From the NCBI GenBank assembly GCA_016185525.1, contig JACPNK010000002.1, forward strand, positions 11,616-75,615: 64,000 nucleotides of DNA, in the 5' to 3' direction. Below, in pieces: positions 28,807-38,252 of this stretch; positions within the stretch are counted from its first letter, which is position 1; each line of letters opens with the position of its first letter. The notes beneath the pieces are model-generated. The model worked only from the letters and a program-made list of their open reading frames with translations, did not search any database and was not told where the DNA came from. A program made the position numbers and the translations under genes. The stretch comes from Candidatus Yanofskybacteria bacterium. GTDB taxonomy: Bacteria; Patescibacteriota; Minisyncoccia; 2-02-FULL-40-12; IGHO2-12-FULL-4.

Positions 28807-29190
28807 ATGGAAGGTTTTTTGGTGTTTCTTTTATTTTTGGGACTATTTGTGAACTTTGTGATTTTAGTGAAGGCGGCTGTCGGGGACGATGATGTTTATA
28901 ATTTAGTTTTTTCGTTTTTAGGCATTATTTTTTTAGCCATCGTTTTGGTCAAAGCTCCTTTCAGTGGAGAGCCGTCTAAGGAGATACACAACGGCGTTTA
29001 CGAGGTTTCTTTTATTCAGGAAAGAGGCCCAGACGTGGTTTTGGGTCTTGAGGGTAAGGAAAACAAAACAGAAAGAAATTTAAGAGTTTATATTTTCCCC
29101 AAAGACGCATTTTCCGGGGAGATAAAAAAAGAATCAAAACAACTGAGAGTTTCCGAGACCGGCGATTTCAGAAAACTAGTTTTGGAGTAA
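28807..29190 (+). CDS. hypothetical membrane protein
   Basis: Two N-terminal TM helices; AAGGAG SD. Confidence 0.7.
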   Translation: MEGFLVFLLFLGLFVNFVILVKAAVGDDDVYNLVFSFLGIIFLAIVLVKAPFSGEPSKEIHNGVYEVSFIQERGPDVVLGLEGKENKTERNLRVYIFPKDAFSGEIKKESKQLRVSETGDFRKLVLE

Positions 29191-29283
29191 GCGGGCTAAA
29201 AACCCGCCTTTTGTTTGCAAAATTTTTTCAATCTGTTAACTTATTTTCATTAAGTCGGACCTTAAAAAACTAGGAGCGGCTGT

Positions 29284-29787
29284 TTGGAGACAGAGACAAT
29301 TCCGGTTTTTGTTTTTTTGGATGAGAATATTGCGAATATGGATGAAAAAATTCTGGAATTTTTTCAAGAAGAAACCGATGAAAAGTTTGATTTTTTCACC
29401 TTGTTTTTCCCGCCCTTTCCGATAAAGACAAAGCCCAGCGGTAAGAAAAAGGGCAATAAGGACTATCAGGTAATGCAACTTGCCAGACAAAGCCTCTTTT
29501 CCAACAAGCATATCTTGAAATGTTTGTTTCAGGATGCTAAACCAAGATTTGTGTTTTTAACAAGAGACCGTGATTTTTTAGAAGATGTTATGAAAGAGAA
29601 AAAAGAAGACAACCAGCAAATTGGCGGGATAATCATGCCCGCAGAAAATAAAGTTTTATTTATTGAAAAAGAATTATCCATCCCGCTTTCTATTGTTTGG
29701 GTTAAACACGGGCAAAACGTTGGAAGCAGGGCAATGTCGACGGCCGTATCGCAAACGCTAAAAAACTTTCTAGTCAAACATTCTTAA
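29284..29787 (+). CDS. DUF5615/PIN-like domain protein
   Basis: VFLDEN and LTRDRDF signature motifs. Confidence 0.6.
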   Translation: METETIPVFVFLDENIANMDEKILEFFQEETDEKFDFFTLFFPPFPIKTKPSGKKKGNKDYQVMQLARQSLFSNKHILKCLFQDAKPRFVFLTRDRDFLEDVMKEKKEDNQQIGGIIMPAENKVLFIEKELSIPLSIVWVKHGQNVGSRAMSTAVSQTLKNFLVKHS

Positions 29788-29870
29788 TCCCGCCATTTTC
29801 GGGATTTTGTTTTTTGTGTAAATTTAGTATTATTTATCAAGAGGATTACCCGCACAAATAACCGGATACC

Positions 29871-30323
29871 ATGCCATCAATAAAACAAAAGTTATTGGAC
29901 AGATCGGAAAACCTTGAACCCAAGGGGTTGTCTTGGATTTTGGTTGTTTTGCTTTTAATCTTACTGTCGGTCGCAATTACCTATTTTGGCGCCAGCAGCC
30001 CGGACTCTTTTTCATCATCAGCCAGTCCCGGAGTTTCCAGCCGGCCGCCCCGCAGTTACTCCGTGTTTTACAGCGGGGGGGTTTTTAGTCCTACCAACCT
30101 AAGGATTCACCAAGGCGATTCTGTTCAGTTTCAAAACAAAAGCTTTTTTCCGATAAAAGTGGCATCGCAGGACTCTTCCAGAAGTTCTGAAAACTTGGGT
30201 TTTCAAACGAGCAAAGAAATTCTTCCCAACCAGGAGTTTTCATATATTTTTCAGTCTGCCGGTATTTTCAATTACTACAACGAAAGAAATCCGAATGAGG
30301 CGGGTACAATCATAATTAAGTAG
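29871..30323 (+). CDS. membrane-anchored cupredoxin-fold protein
   Basis: FSP..LRI..GDSV.F.N ... F...G.F.YY ... GTIII; canonical Cys/His copper ligands absent. Confidence 0.7.
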   Translation: MPSIKQKLLDRSENLEPKGLSWILVVLLLILLSVAITYFGASSPDSFSSSASPGVSSRPPRSYSVFYSGGVFSPTNLRIHQGDSVQFQNKSFFPIKVASQDSSRSSENLGFQTSKEILPNQEFSYIFQSAGIFNYYNERNPNEAGTIIIK

Positions 30324-30333
30324 TAAACCAACT

Positions 30334-30630
30334 ATGAAAAACCCCTTAACTCTCAAAGTGGAGTCATCGCTGGGCATAGTTCTTTTAGCTTGCCTCGCGT
30401 TGTTTTTTATCTCCTTCTTTTTTATTGTCATGAAAAATTTTAACTTGGATGTGGATGCGGAGATTTTACAGGCTAGCAACATAAAAAGAATTAAAGTAGT
30501 TTCCGGGCCGGAGAGGGAACTCATAGACGGTTGGTTGAAAGGTAACACCTCGGTGATTATTTTACCTGAAAGTGAAAGTAAATACCGGTATATTTTGCAC
30601 AAATATCCCGATAAACCTTGGGCTAAATGA
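30334..30630 (+). CDS. hypothetical membrane protein
   Basis: One TM; translationally coupled to the next gene. Confidence 0.65.
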   Translation: MKNPLTLKVESSLGIVLLACLALFFISFFFIVMKNFNLDVDAEILQASNIKRIKVVSGPERELIDGWLKGNTSVIILPESESKYRYILHKYPDKPWAK

Positions 30631-31445
30631 TTCTAAAGGGTTTAATTTTATTTGCATCAGCGCAGATTTTGGGGCTTTTAACGGCCCAGCGTTATTTGTC
30701 TGCTTTGCAGTCTGCCAATTTGTCTCTTCCCGGTTTGAAGTTTTCTTTCTGGGATATTTTTGTTTCTTCCGCGATACTTTTGATTTTTATTTTTTTTGTT
30801 TTCAGGCAAGGCAGGCCAAGCCGGATTTTTTTTAAAATTTTTCTTTGGCTGGTTATTTTTAGCGGTTCGCAGATAGTTTTTTCTGTTTTTCTTTCACCGA
30901 CAGTTGCCTTGATTGTGTTTGTTTTGTTTTTGATCTTAGTTTTAGCGATACCTAGAGTTGCGATTCAAAATTTGGCTGTGATTTTAGGCATTACTGGCAT
31001 TAGTTCTATGCTGGGCCTTAGCCTCACACCCATGACGGCGGTTATACTTTTAGCTTTGTTTTCCGTTTATGACATTATTGCCGTGTATTTTACCGGACAT
31101 ATGATAAAAATGGCCGAGAATATGATCCAGTCAAAGGCAATTTTTGGGCTAATCATTCCAAACAAGTTTTCAGATTTTAAAGAAAAAACTGGGAAGATGA
31201 GGCTGGGAGAACAATTCATGATCTTGGGAAGCGGGGATGTGGCCCTGCCTTTAATTTTAGTTTCCTCACTTGTCAGGGTTTCTTTGTCGCAGGCTTGGCT
31301 AGTGGCGGGTTTTGCTGTTGTTGGTTTTGTCGTTACCCATCTTTTATTTGCAAATCAAAAAGAAAGAAGGCCGATGGCCGCTTTGCCGCCCATTGCGGCA
31401 ATGTCAATTTTAGGATATTTGATTACCAACTTTTTTATATGGTGA
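30627..31445 (+). CDS. presenilin/signal-peptide-peptidase family (A22) intramembrane aspartyl protease
   Basis: VYDIIAV, LGSGD and MAALP (PAL-like) motifs; multiple TMs. Confidence 0.85.
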   Translation: MILKGLILFASAQILGLLTAQRYLSALQSANLSLPGLKFSFWDIFVSSAILLIFIFFVFRQGRPSRIFFKIFLWLVIFSGSQIVFSVFLSPTVALIVFVLFLILVLAIPRVAIQNLAVILGITGISSMLGLSLTPMTAVILLALFSVYDIIAVYFTGHMIKMAENMIQSKAIFGLIIPNKFSDFKEKTGKMRLGEQFMILGSGDVALPLILVSSLVRVSLSQAWLVAGFAVVGFVVTHLLFANQKERRPMAALPPIAAMSILGYLITNFFIW

Positions 31446-31450
31446 CTTAC

Positions 31451-31616
31451 CAAAGCACAGCAGATACAGTCTTTGAGGTCGCTGTGAGCCTGCGGTTTGC
31501 TTGGTTGGCTGGAGTATAATTATTCTGTAACTCCAGCCAAAACCCAGACGAACAGCGAGTGAGTCTGCCGCTGGAGCAGACGAAGGTACCGAAAAGACTG
31601 TATCCGCGAAGCTTTG
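31451..31616. repeat. branched hairpin element E4 (subtype B, opposite orientation)
   Basis: Reverse complement aligns with E8 nearly end to end, with compensatory stem changes. Confidence 0.9.
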
Positions 31617-31630
31617 CTGGGACAGCTTTT

Positions 31631-33013
31631 ATGAAAATAACTTTTTTTGGCGGGGCAATGTCGGTGACGGGAGCAAATTATTTGCTTGATTTCGGCTCCA
31701 AAAAAATTTTAGTTGACTGCGGGCTTTTTCAAGGTTCAAAATACGCGGAAGAGTTGAACTACTCTGATTTTAAATACGATCCCAAGACGATTGACTTTGT
31801 TTTTTTGACCCACAGCCACACTGACCACATCGGCAGACTTCCCAAACTTTACAGGGAGGGTTTTAGGGGCAAGGTTTTTACCACCAAACCGACAAAAGAT
31901 TTGATGGCAAGGGCTTTTCCTGATAATTGGAGGCTGGTGGCCGAAGAAGCTAAAAAAGACAACCATGAACCTCTTTACGAAATTGAAGATATTGAGGCGG
32001 TAATGGAACTGGTCGAGGGCGTTGATTATTACCAGAGGATTAAGATATCAGAAGATGTTGCCGTTACTTTTTTAAACGCCGGCCACATTCTTGGTTCGGC
32101 AATAATTTGTTTTGATTATAAAGAAAGCGGCGAAACCGAGAAGATTTATTTTAGCGGTGACTTGGGCAATTCGCCTTCACTTCTTTTGCCGGATAAAGAT
32201 TTTGTCAAAGATGCCGGCTATGTAGTGACCGAGTCGGCTTACGGAAGCAGAGTCCACGAAGATGTTGACCAAAGAAGTAAAGTTTTCAGAGAGGTTGTTG
32301 AGCATGTTATTCATAGCGGCGGCACTCTGATGATTCCGTCATTTGCCATTGAAAGGACGCAGGAGATGCTTTTTGAAATAAACAAACTTTTGAATACCGG
32401 TGTTATTCCCCAACTGCCGGTTTTTATTGACAGTCCTTTGGCGGCTAAAATGACCGAAGTTTACGCTCAATACCCGGATTATTTAAAAAAAGAAGCGCAC
32501 CAGTTCGGAAAAAATATTTTTAACTTTCCGAGTCTGCGCTACACCGAAACTACAGCGGATTCAAAAAACATAAACGACGTGCCGTCGCCAAAAATTATCA
32601 TTGCCGGTTCGGGGATGTCAAACGGCGGCCGAATTTTGCATCATGAACGAAGATATCTTTCCGACCCGAACAGCGCTATTGTTTTTGTCGGCTACCAAGT
32701 TGAAGGCAGTTTGGGCCGGAAAATTTTGGACAGTTCGACGGGCTCACTACGAGTCGGCCAGACGGAAGTCAAAATTTTCGGAGAAAATATCCCGGTCCGC
32801 TGTTTGGTCAAGGGTATTGGCGGTTACTCCGCTCATGCCGACCAATTGGCGCTGACCGAATGGGTTCGCAGGGCCAATCAGGCAAAGAAACTCAAGAAAG
32901 TTTTTGTAGTTCAAGGCGAAGAAAGCTCGGCTAAAGCGCTGACAGAAATTATCAAAAGCCGAGTTCATGTTGACACGATTGTGCCTATACCCGAAGAAGA
33001 GTTTGAATTATAA
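31631..33013 (+). CDS. MBL-fold/beta-CASP metallo-hydrolase (RNA-processing type)
   Basis: THSHTDHIG, AGHILGS, FSGDLG, GSGM..GGRILHH and YSAHAD motifs. Confidence 0.93.
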   Translation: MKITFFGGAMSVTGANYLLDFGSKKILVDCGLFQGSKYAEELNYSDFKYDPKTIDFVFLTHSHTDHIGRLPKLYREGFRGKVFTTKPTKDLMARAFPDNWRLVAEEAKKDNHEPLYEIEDIEAVMELVEGVDYYQRIKISEDVAVTFLNAGHILGSAIICFDYKESGETEKIYFSGDLGNSPSLLLPDKDFVKDAGYVVTESAYGSRVHEDVDQRSKVFREVVEHVIHSGGTLMIPSFAIERTQEMLFEINKLLNTGVIPQLPVFIDSPLAAKMTEVYAQYPDYLKKEAHQFGKNIFNFPSLRYTETTADSKNINDVPSPKIIIAGSGMSNGGRILHHERRYLSDPNSAIVFVGYQVEGSLGRKILDSSTGSLRVGQTEVKIFGENIPVRCLVKGIGGYSAHADQLALTEWVRRANQAKKLKKVFVVQGEESSAKALTEIIKSRVHVDTIVPIPEEEFEL

Positions 33014-33069
33014 ACTAAACTGTGTTATTGTTCTAATCGCATACTCGTTAAGTTAAAAAGGGGAAACTT

Positions 33070-33402
33070 TTGAATAAGTTTAGAGAAGTTTTTTTTAGTG
33101 GTTTGTTTGTGGCCGTTGTGTTGGTGACCATCTGGTTTCTTGGGCCAGGAAGCACGAGAATTAACTTTCGTTACGGGTATTATATAAGAGGGCTTAAAGA
33201 AAAAACTGTGGTTGTTCTTGCTTATAACCCGGAATTAGTCAGCTCATTTAGTTTTCATTATTCGACGACTGACGACATGGTATCTCCTGAAATCTTGTTT
33301 ATTTTCAAAGATAAAGAAACTTTTACTCAAGCCGGGCTTATGTTACAAACAGCAGTTAATGACATAGAAAAAGTAACCTCGTCTTCTCGGTCTTCTCGTT
33401 AA
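33070..33402 (+). CDS. hypothetical membrane-anchored protein
   Basis: N-terminal TM, 110 aa. Confidence 0.6.
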   Translation: MNKFREVFFSGLFVAVVLVTIWFLGPGSTRINFRYGYYIRGLKEKTVVVLAYNPELVSSFSFHYSTTDDMVSPEILFIFKDKETFTQAGLMLQTAVNDIEKVTSSSRSSR

Positions 33403-33455
33403 TTCCCCTGTGGGGAATTTTTATTGTTTGATTTTTAAAAAGTTGTTATTATTGT

Positions 33456-33490
33456 CTTAATACTTAATACTTAATACTTAATACTTAACA
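33456..33490. repeat. heptamer tandem repeat (CTTAATA)x4 + CTTAACA
   Basis: Direct reading; abuts the ATG at 33492. Confidence 0.9.
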
Positions 33491-33491
33491 T

Positions 33492-34106
33492 ATGCTTTAT
33501 AAATTCGTAGTGTCAGGTTCGGCGGATATCGGGGAATGCGCGGTCGGAGGAAAAGACTGTGGTATTTGCTCGCCGGACGTCCAAATAAAAAGTGAGGAAA
33601 TAGGCCGTGAGATAGTCCGGCAGGGCGGTATTTTGATTACCGGCGCCACTACCGGCGCGCCATATGCGGCGGCAAAAGGCGCCAAAGAAGAAGGCGGCGT
33701 CAGTGTCGGCATTTCACCGGCGGCGACTTATGCCGAACATGTCAAATCATACCGTCTGCCGACCGACTATTTTGATTTTATAATTTATACCGGTTTCAAT
33801 TACTCCGGGCGCAACTTGATTCTTACCAAATCAGCCGATGCGGTCATCATATCCTGCGGCGGATTCGGCACGCTTAATGAATTTACCATTGCTTTGGAGG
33901 ATAACAAACCAATCGGCATTTTAGTTGGCAGCGGCGGCGCTACCGATGAAATCGCCCGTCTCTTGGAAAATATCAAAGACCCGCACAAACATGGCAAGGG
34001 CAGGGTTGTTTTCAGCGAAAGCCCGAAAGAACTTGTTTCAAAACTCGTAGAGTTGATAGAAAAAGAGTACAAAATTTCAAAAGCGCCAAAACATACAGGA
34101 GAGTGA
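33492..34106 (+). CDS. LOG/Rossmann-fold nucleotide-binding protein (TIGR00725-like)
   Basis: TGATTG, GISPA, RN...SADAVI..GGFGTLNE motifs. Confidence 0.85.
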   Translation: MLYKFVVSGSADIGECAVGGKDCGICSPDVQIKSEEIGREIVRQGGILITGATTGAPYAAAKGAKEEGGVSVGISPAATYAEHVKSYRLPTDYFDFIIYTGFNYSGRNLILTKSADAVIISCGGFGTLNEFTIALEDNKPIGILVGSGGATDEIARLLENIKDPHKHGKGRVVFSESPKELVSKLVELIEKEYKISKAPKHTGE

Positions 34107-34233
34107 CCGTCCTGAGGACAGTCCTCCGGATTACTTCTTCTAATTACGTTTCCGATTATCAGGCTTCGTTGACTGCCCAACCTCGGTTTTCAATTTCGGC
34201 AGCCAAGAGACCCATGGATTTCTACGAGTTACG

Positions 34234-34260
34234 TTAGCACTCTTGACACGAGAGTGCTAA
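34234..34260. promoter_or_regulatory. CIRCE element (HrcA operator) overlapping the lon promoter
   Basis: Perfect TTAGCACTC-N9-GAGTGCTAA; spacer begins with TTGACA; TAAAAT follows. Confidence 0.92.
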
Positions 34261-34279
34261 TTGTTAAAATAGAACCATT

Positions 34280-36604
34280 ATGATTTCAAACAATAACTTT
34301 TCCAACAGCGAACTGCCTTTGATGGCTTTAAAAAATGTGGCTCTGTTTCCTCGCATTGCCATGCCTCTTGTGGTGCAAAGGTCTAAATCGGTTGCCGCTT
34401 TGGAGCAGGCTTTGTCTGCTAATAACGGCCAGGTTATTTTTGTTGCCCAAAGAAATCTGCAAGATAACGCCGGTCCCAAAGACTTGTTTAAAATCGGCAC
34501 GATTGGCCGCATTATTTCAGCTAACCGTTTATCTGACGGTTCCTTTAAAATTGAAGCGGAGGGCATAAGAAGAGTCAAAATTTTGCAGTTTATACAGGAA
34601 GAGCCCTTTTTTAAAGCTAAGACAGAGCCAGTTGAGTTGAAGTATCAAGAAAGTGTTGAAAGCGAAGCTTTGATTAGGACAATTATTGAGCAGTTTAGAA
34701 AAGTTACTGAAGCCAAAATATTTTCTTCGGTTTTGCCGTCTTTCCTGTTTACTCTTGGACAGATAAAAGAACCGGAGCAACTAGTCAACCTCATAGCCGT
34801 TAATTTGAATTTGGACTTGGTAGATCAGCAGTACATTTTAGAAACGCCGGATCTAAACGAGGCTCTGAAAAGAATAAGTTTTTTTCTGACCAGAGAATTG
34901 GAGATTTTAGAAGCGGAAAAAAAGGTTGCCAAAGAGACCAAGAAGCAGCTTGGCAAAATGCAAAAAGAAATCTTTTTGCGCGAACAACTGAAAAGCATAG
35001 AAAAAGAATTGGGTATGGAAGGAGAAAAAGGCGAATATGAACAGCTTAGAGCCAAGATAAAGAAGTCGGGAATGCCCAAAGAAGTTGAAAAGAAGGCCAA
35101 CAAAGAATTGAATCGTCTGGAAAAAATGCCCATGTTTAGTCCGGAGATTTCTTATCTGCGCACTTATCTTGATTGGCTGGTTGAGTTGCCCTGGTCGGTG
35201 AGCACCAGGAAGTCACTGGTTCTAAAGCAGGCTGAAAAAGTTTTGAATAGAGACCATTACGGATTGGATAAAGTCAAGGAAAGAATTTTAGAGTATCTGG
35301 CTGTGCAAAAACAGGTCGGTAAAGTTAAGGGTCCGATTCTTTGTTTTATCGGTCCGCCCGGAACGGGAAAAACTTCAATCGGGCGTTCCATTGCCAACGC
35401 TTTGGGTCGGAAGTTTGTCAGAGTGTCTTTGGGCGGACTTCATGACGAAGCTGAATTAAGAGGCCACCGCAGGACTTATGTCGGTGCTTTGCCGGGCAGA
35501 ATCATACAAGGCATACATACGGCGGGAGCCAAAGACCCCGTTTTTATGCTGGATGAAATAGATAAGATAGGCCAGGATTTCAGGGGCGATCCGGCGGCGG
35601 CTCTGCTTGAGGCTCTTGATCCGGAACAAAATTTTTCCTTTTCAGATAACTATTTGGAGGTGCTTTTTGACTTGTCTGATGTTATTTTCATAACTACAGC
35701 CAACAGACTGGACACAATTCCGCCGGCTCTTAGAGATCGACTGGAGATAATTGAATTTCCCGGTTACACCGAAGATGAAAAACTTTACATAGCCAAAAAG
35801 TTTCTTATTCCAAAGCTTTTCGGTCAGCATGGTCTTAAAACAACCACCTTTTCCATGAGTGATGAGATTATTTTGGACATTGTAAGAAAGCATACCAGTG
35901 AGGCTGGTGTCAGGGAACTGGAAAGGAAACTGGCTACTGTTTTCAGAAAAGTCACAAGACGGGTTGTGGAGAGTGGTCCAAAAGACAGACTTGTTGTAAA
36001 TGACAAAACTCTGCATCAGTTTCTGGGGCCCGCCAGATACACTCACCAACAGGGAGAAAAAAAGGATGAGATTGGTGTGGCAACCGGACTCGCTTGGACG
36101 CCTGTTGGCGGGGAGGTTTTGTCGGTTGAAGCGACAAAAATGCCCGGCAAGGGCAGATTGATATTGACCGGACATTTGGGAGAGGTTATGAAAGAGTCGG
36201 TCAGCGCCGCTTTGAGTTATGTGCGGTCCAGCGCTGAAAAGTTGAAAATTAAAAACGACTTTTACAAAGAAGATATACATATCCATATTCCTTCAGGGGC
36301 CATTCCCAAAGACGGGCCGTCGGCTGGCGTAGCTATGATTACAGCTATTGTTTCTATGCTTACCAAAAAACCGGTTCGCAAGGATGTCGGAATGACGGGG
36401 GAAATAACTTTGCGTGGCAAGGTTTTGGAAATAGGGGGAATAAAAGAAAAAGTCTTGGCGGCGCACAGAGCCGGCCTAAAAATTATTATTGTTCCGGAAG
36501 AAAACAAAAAGGACTTGGAAGATATCCCAGCCAAGATAAGAAAAGCTCTTAAATTTGTTTTTGCCCAAAGCGTTGATGACGTCTTGAAAGAAGCTTTAAA
36601 GTGA
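34280..36604 (+). CDS. lon: endopeptidase La
   Basis: GPPGTGKTS, GHRRTYVGA, LDEIDK and PKDGPSAG motifs. Confidence 0.98.
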   Translation: MISNNNFSNSELPLMALKNVALFPRIAMPLVVQRSKSVAALEQALSANNGQVIFVAQRNLQDNAGPKDLFKIGTIGRIISANRLSDGSFKIEAEGIRRVKILQFIQEEPFFKAKTEPVELKYQESVESEALIRTIIEQFRKVTEAKIFSSVLPSFLFTLGQIKEPEQLVNLIAVNLNLDLVDQQYILETPDLNEALKRISFFLTRELEILEAEKKVAKETKKQLGKMQKEIFLREQLKSIEKELGMEGEKGEYEQLRAKIKKSGMPKEVEKKANKELNRLEKMPMFSPEISYLRTYLDWLVELPWSVSTRKSLVLKQAEKVLNRDHYGLDKVKERILEYLAVQKQVGKVKGPILCFIGPPGTGKTSIGRSIANALGRKFVRVSLGGLHDEAELRGHRRTYVGALPGRIIQGIHTAGAKDPVFMLDEIDKIGQDFRGDPAAALLEALDPEQNFSFSDNYLEVLFDLSDVIFITTANRLDTIPPALRDRLEIIEFPGYTEDEKLYIAKKFLIPKLFGQHGLKTTTFSMSDEIILDIVRKHTSEAGVRELERKLATVFRKVTRRVVESGPKDRLVVNDKTLHQFLGPARYTHQQGEKKDEIGVATGLAWTPVGGEVLSVEATKMPGKGRLILTGHLGEVMKESVSAALSYVRSSAEKLKIKNDFYKEDIHIHIPSGAIPKDGPSAGVAMITAIVSMLTKKPVRKDVGMTGEITLRGKVLEIGGIKEKVLAAHRAGLKIIIVPEENKKDLEDIPAKIRKALKFVFAQSVDDVLKEALK

Positions 36605-36641
36605 GAGATAATAGTAATGTCCAAATAACTTAAGCATTACT

Positions 36642-37103
36642 ATGCTGGAATTTCCGGAAACATTTTTTAGAATATTACTGGCAACAGCTTTTGGGGCGGC
36701 TATTGGTTTTGAAAGAGAAAGATCCCACAAATCTGCCGGTTTGAGAACCAACGCCTTGGTTGCAATGGGCGCTTCTTTAATTACCGTGATTTCTCTTTCT
36801 GCTTTTTCCGATAATCCGCTTATTGATCCGACCCGTATTATTTCAAACATCATAGTCGGCATAGGTTTTATCGGCGGCGGAGCGATTATTCAACAAGGCC
36901 AGAAGATCAGGGGAATCACCACGGCTGCTACTTTGTGGGTGGTGGCGGCAATCGGTATAACTATAGGGATGGGTTTTTATCGGGAGGCCGTTTTTTCCGT
37001 ATTGGTAGTTTACTTTATTTTGACTTTTTTGTGGCTCGTTGAGAAGAAAACCGGAAACAAAATTCTTTACCAAGGCCTGAAAGAAGACGAATTTGAAAAG
37101 TAA
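36642..37103 (+). CDS. MgtC/SapB family membrane protein
   Basis: IGFERE..AGLRT, GIGFIGGG and GITTAATLW motifs. Confidence 0.93.
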   Translation: MLEFPETFFRILLATAFGAAIGFERERSHKSAGLRTNALVAMGASLITVISLSAFSDNPLIDPTRIISNIIVGIGFIGGGAIIQQGQKIRGITTAATLWVVAAIGITIGMGFYREAVFSVLVVYFILTFLWLVEKKTGNKILYQGLKEDEFEK

Positions 37104-37121
37104 CTTAAGATATTTTGCAAA

Positions 37122-38252
37122 ATGCCCGATAAAAAATTTTATTCGGCGGTGTCTGTTTTGGTGGGTGGCATAGTGGGAGTGGGAATTTTCGGGGTGCCGT
37201 TTGTTTTTGCCAAAGCCGGTTTTTTAACCGGCTTTCTGTTTTTGGCGGGCTTGAGCGCGGTAACTCTGGTTTTTAATCTGGCTTATGGCGAAATAATTTT
37301 GCGCACCGACAAAGCCCACCAACTTGTAGGTTATGCCGGCACTTATTTGGGCGGTTTTTTTAAAAAACTGACTTTTTTTACTTTTGTTCTTGGAATTTAT
37401 TCCGCGCTTTTGGCTTATATTATTGTCGGCGGAGAGTTTTTGGCCAACATTTTGTCTTTTAATTTTTTTGTTTCAGCCGATTCTTTAAGCATTTTCTTCT
37501 TCTTTTTTGTGGCATTTGTTTTGTTGGGCGGCCTTAAAACTGTTTCGGCTGTCGATCTTTTCATGGCGGTTTTATATTTGGCGTCAGTATTTTTAATTGT
37601 TTTTTGGGGAGCGGGCCGTGTTGATTTTCAGAATTTTACTCTTTGGAATAAAGACTTCTGGTTTTTGCCTTATGGCGTTATACTTTTTGCTTTGAGTGGT
37701 ATGTCTTCAGTTGTTTTGCAGAGAGAGGTTTTGGATGGTCAGGAGTTTAAACTTAAAAAAGCTATTATTTGGGGTAGCTTGCTTCCGCCGATTATTTATT
37801 TGATTTTTGCTTTTTTGGTGGCGGGTGTGTCAGGAGAGGTAACTTCTCCCGAAGCATTTGCCGGTTTGTCTTCCTTTCTTGGCTCAAAAGTTGTTTTGGC
37901 CGGCTCTATCTTTGGTGTTCTGGCAATCTTTACTTCTTTTTTGAATTTAGGCCGGGTATTGCAGGAGTCTTTTCAGTTTGATTTTCGTTTAAATAAATTC
38001 ACAGCTTGGTTTTTGGCTCTTTGGCCTCCGTTTTTCTTATTTATTTTCGGCATCAGAAACTTTATTAATGTGATAGGACTTGCCGGTTCCGTGGCTATCG
38101 GGTTGCAGTCTATAGTTTTTGTTCTTATTTACGGCAAAGTGAAAAGAATGGGCCATCGCATTCCGGAATACTCTCTGAATATGCCGAAGTGGTTTTGGTA
38201 TCTGGCTATTGCCATTTTTATTTCGGGCGTTTTACTTGCTTTTATAACCTAA
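37122..38252 (+). CDS. aromatic amino acid permease family transporter
   Basis: GGIVGVGIFGVP, KAG and TSFL motifs; about 11 TMs. Confidence 0.8.
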   Translation: MPDKKFYSAVSVLVGGIVGVGIFGVPFVFAKAGFLTGFLFLAGLSAVTLVFNLAYGEIILRTDKAHQLVGYAGTYLGGFFKKLTFFTFVLGIYSALLAYIIVGGEFLANILSFNFFVSADSLSIFFFFFVAFVLLGGLKTVSAVDLFMAVLYLASVFLIVFWGAGRVDFQNFTLWNKDFWFLPYGVILFALSGMSSVVLQREVLDGQEFKLKKAIIWGSLLPPIIYLIFAFLVAGVSGEVTSPEAFAGLSSFLGSKVVLAGSIFGVLAIFTSFLNLGRVLQESFQFDFRLNKFTAWFLALWPPFFLFIFGIRNFINVIGLAGSVAIGLQSIVFVLIYGKVKRMGHRIPEYSLNMPKWFWYLAIAIFISGVLLAFIT

